In this document: piece after piece, positions 62,375-64,000 of the stretch
Position numbering within the stretch: the first letter of the stretch is position 1
Layout: each line of letters starts with the position of its first letter
Assembly (NCBI RefSeq): GCF_037042905.1
Contig: NC_087251.1
Location: forward strand, 32,800,001-32,864,000
Origin: Lytechinus pictus
Lineage: Eukaryota
Direction of reading: 5' to 3'
Length of the DNA: 64,000 bases
The notes under the pieces: model-generated
The model's input: the letters and a program-made list of their open reading frames with translations, nothing else
Database searches by the model: none
Told to the model about the DNA's origin: nothing
Translations under genes and position numbers: made by a program

Positions 62375-63010
62375 CTCGAGCGCGAAGGAAGCGCGAGCGA
62401 TTTTTGGGGGAGAAAATTCATGTATTTTGTCCTAAAAAATTGAACATTTTGAGCAATGTTTGTGGTCCTGAACAAGATGCGTATGTAACAAATAATAACT
62501 GCGAACGTGATCAGTGCGAGCAGATATTTTTTATATACGCTCTGGTCTGATCGAGGGAAGTGTTATAAGGACTGTTTGCAGTTATCCATGTAGACGATAC
62601 ATATATCAACAATCAAATAATGCGAGTGCGAAGCGCGAGCTGAAAAAATTGACATTCCGACCTAAATACTGGACATTCTAAGCACTTTTCTGATAATGAA
62701 GAGGATAGGTATATAACTATACAATTGATGCGAGCGCGAAGCGCGTGCGGAATCAAAATTGAGATTTCCGACCAAAAAACGAGACATTCTAAGCACTCTT
62801 CTAATCATGGAACAGGATAGGTATATAACTATACAATTGATGCGAGCGCAAAGCGCGAGCATAAACAAAATAGATTTCAGACCTACATATATAATTGGGA
62901 CATTCTATTCACGTTTTGTAAATCAAGAAAAAGATGGGTAATTGGATATATTCTTATATTAATAATGTGAGCGCGAAGCGCGAGCAGAAAATCTTTGATA
63001 TTCTGATCTG
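62375..63010 (+). repeat. Array of GCGAGCGCGAAGCGCGAGC-containing units (interior of a large non-autonomous transposon)
   Basis: The motif recurs about every 110-125 bp and again at 63863. Confidence 0.75.
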
Positions 63011-63416
63011 AAACTCCACACTGAATTTAATATGGTTTGAACAGATAAAGAGAAATCAGACGAGCATAAGAATAAAGATATGATCAAAATCCGACAAGGA
63101 ATATCAAAGTTAAGCATTTTAAAGATTAGCATTATTCCGGTGAAACAGTTTTAAGCATGTCTTCATTTATATTCAATGAGCAAACTGATGATGTCATATC
63201 CCCACTTGTTTTTTTTTGTATTTTATTATATAAAGTTAGGTTTATTTAATATTTTCCCTTCAATAACCAAAAAACAGTTGAATTGACAACTGATTTAGTC
63301 TTTCATTATACATAAGGGAGACATATCATTTACACTGGTATAAAAAAATGAAACAATTTTGATTCCATGTAATAACACAAGAAACAAGATAGTGGGGATG
63401 TGATATCTTCAACCCG

Positions 63417-63608
63417 CATGGGCAGAAATCCCAGAAACTAAAAATAGTAGGGGGGGGGGTCTTTCATGGAGAAAAATACATCACTTCACAATCGAAATAA
63501 TACCTTTTGGACTAAATGACCTTACATTTTGGGTTAAAAAATTGTTTTTGCTTGTCAAATTTTCCAGGCCCTGGTCCCCCTACCTTTGGGGACAGATTTC
63601 CGCCTATG
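63417..63608. mobile_element. hAT-like MITE with 8-bp TSD nested in a Kolobok-like element (about 63010-63757)
   Basis: TIR CATGGGCAGAAATC / GATTTCCGCCTATG, TSD TCAACCCG / TCAACCCA. Confidence 0.75.
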
Positions 63609-64000
63609 TCAACCCACCTATTAAATATTCATGACGACATGCATATCACCATTTTCATAAACTTTTGCTAAACTTTAGAATTAAATAACTTAACTATTTG
63701 TTATCAGATTTTCGTAACATTGTATTTGATATAAATATTTTCAGCCCGGAGTAGCCCCAAAACAAGCTGCGTATCTGAATAAACATGCGTGCGCGTGTTA
63801 AGAGTTAGCCCTAGTATCTGGGCATTGTAAATACATTTTTTTTAATTAAAAAAATGAATAATGCGAGCGCGAAGCGCGAGCAGAAAATATTTGATATTCC
63901 GATCTGAAAAAGGGTCTGTCATTCATCAACTTACCACTAGATTTCAAGGAGGTGCTGCCTATGGAAAAATAACACATGCAGCATCCCCAAAATTTGGGGT

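Overview
AT-rich animal genomic DNA. The repeat landscape suggests an invertebrate deuterostome such as a sea urchin; this is inference and cannot be proven from the window. Two convergent protein-coding genes can be rebuilt exon by exon with consistent splice phases. (1) TTC13 (TPR-repeat protein) on +: 16 coding exons at 3262-23352 encoding 741 aa, with the N-terminus upstream of these exons. (2) Cyclin K (CCNK) on -: 8 coding exons at 48983-36531 encoding a predicted 809 aa with a very long Pro/Gln/His-rich tail. CCNK has a U12-type (minor spliceosome) intron, a 28-nt frame-shifting microexon, and a branch-point motif formed at a transposon end. Introns and intergenic DNA are packed with non-autonomous DNA transposons (Harbinger-, Kolobok-, piggyBac-, hAT-, Tc1-like, and a Helentron/HINE-like element with a ~163-bp tandem array), tRNA-derived SINEs, L2/CR1 LINE fragments, Penelope-type minimal hammerhead ribozyme relics and microsatellites. 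A CpG-rich region at about 53.8-54.6 kb has two candidate first exons on opposite strands. I found no intact transposase or RT, no CRISPR array, and no rRNA or real tRNA gene. I could not support a wholly new system; the best leads are the CCNK splicing features, the hammerhead relics, and a hairpin family with a shared loop.
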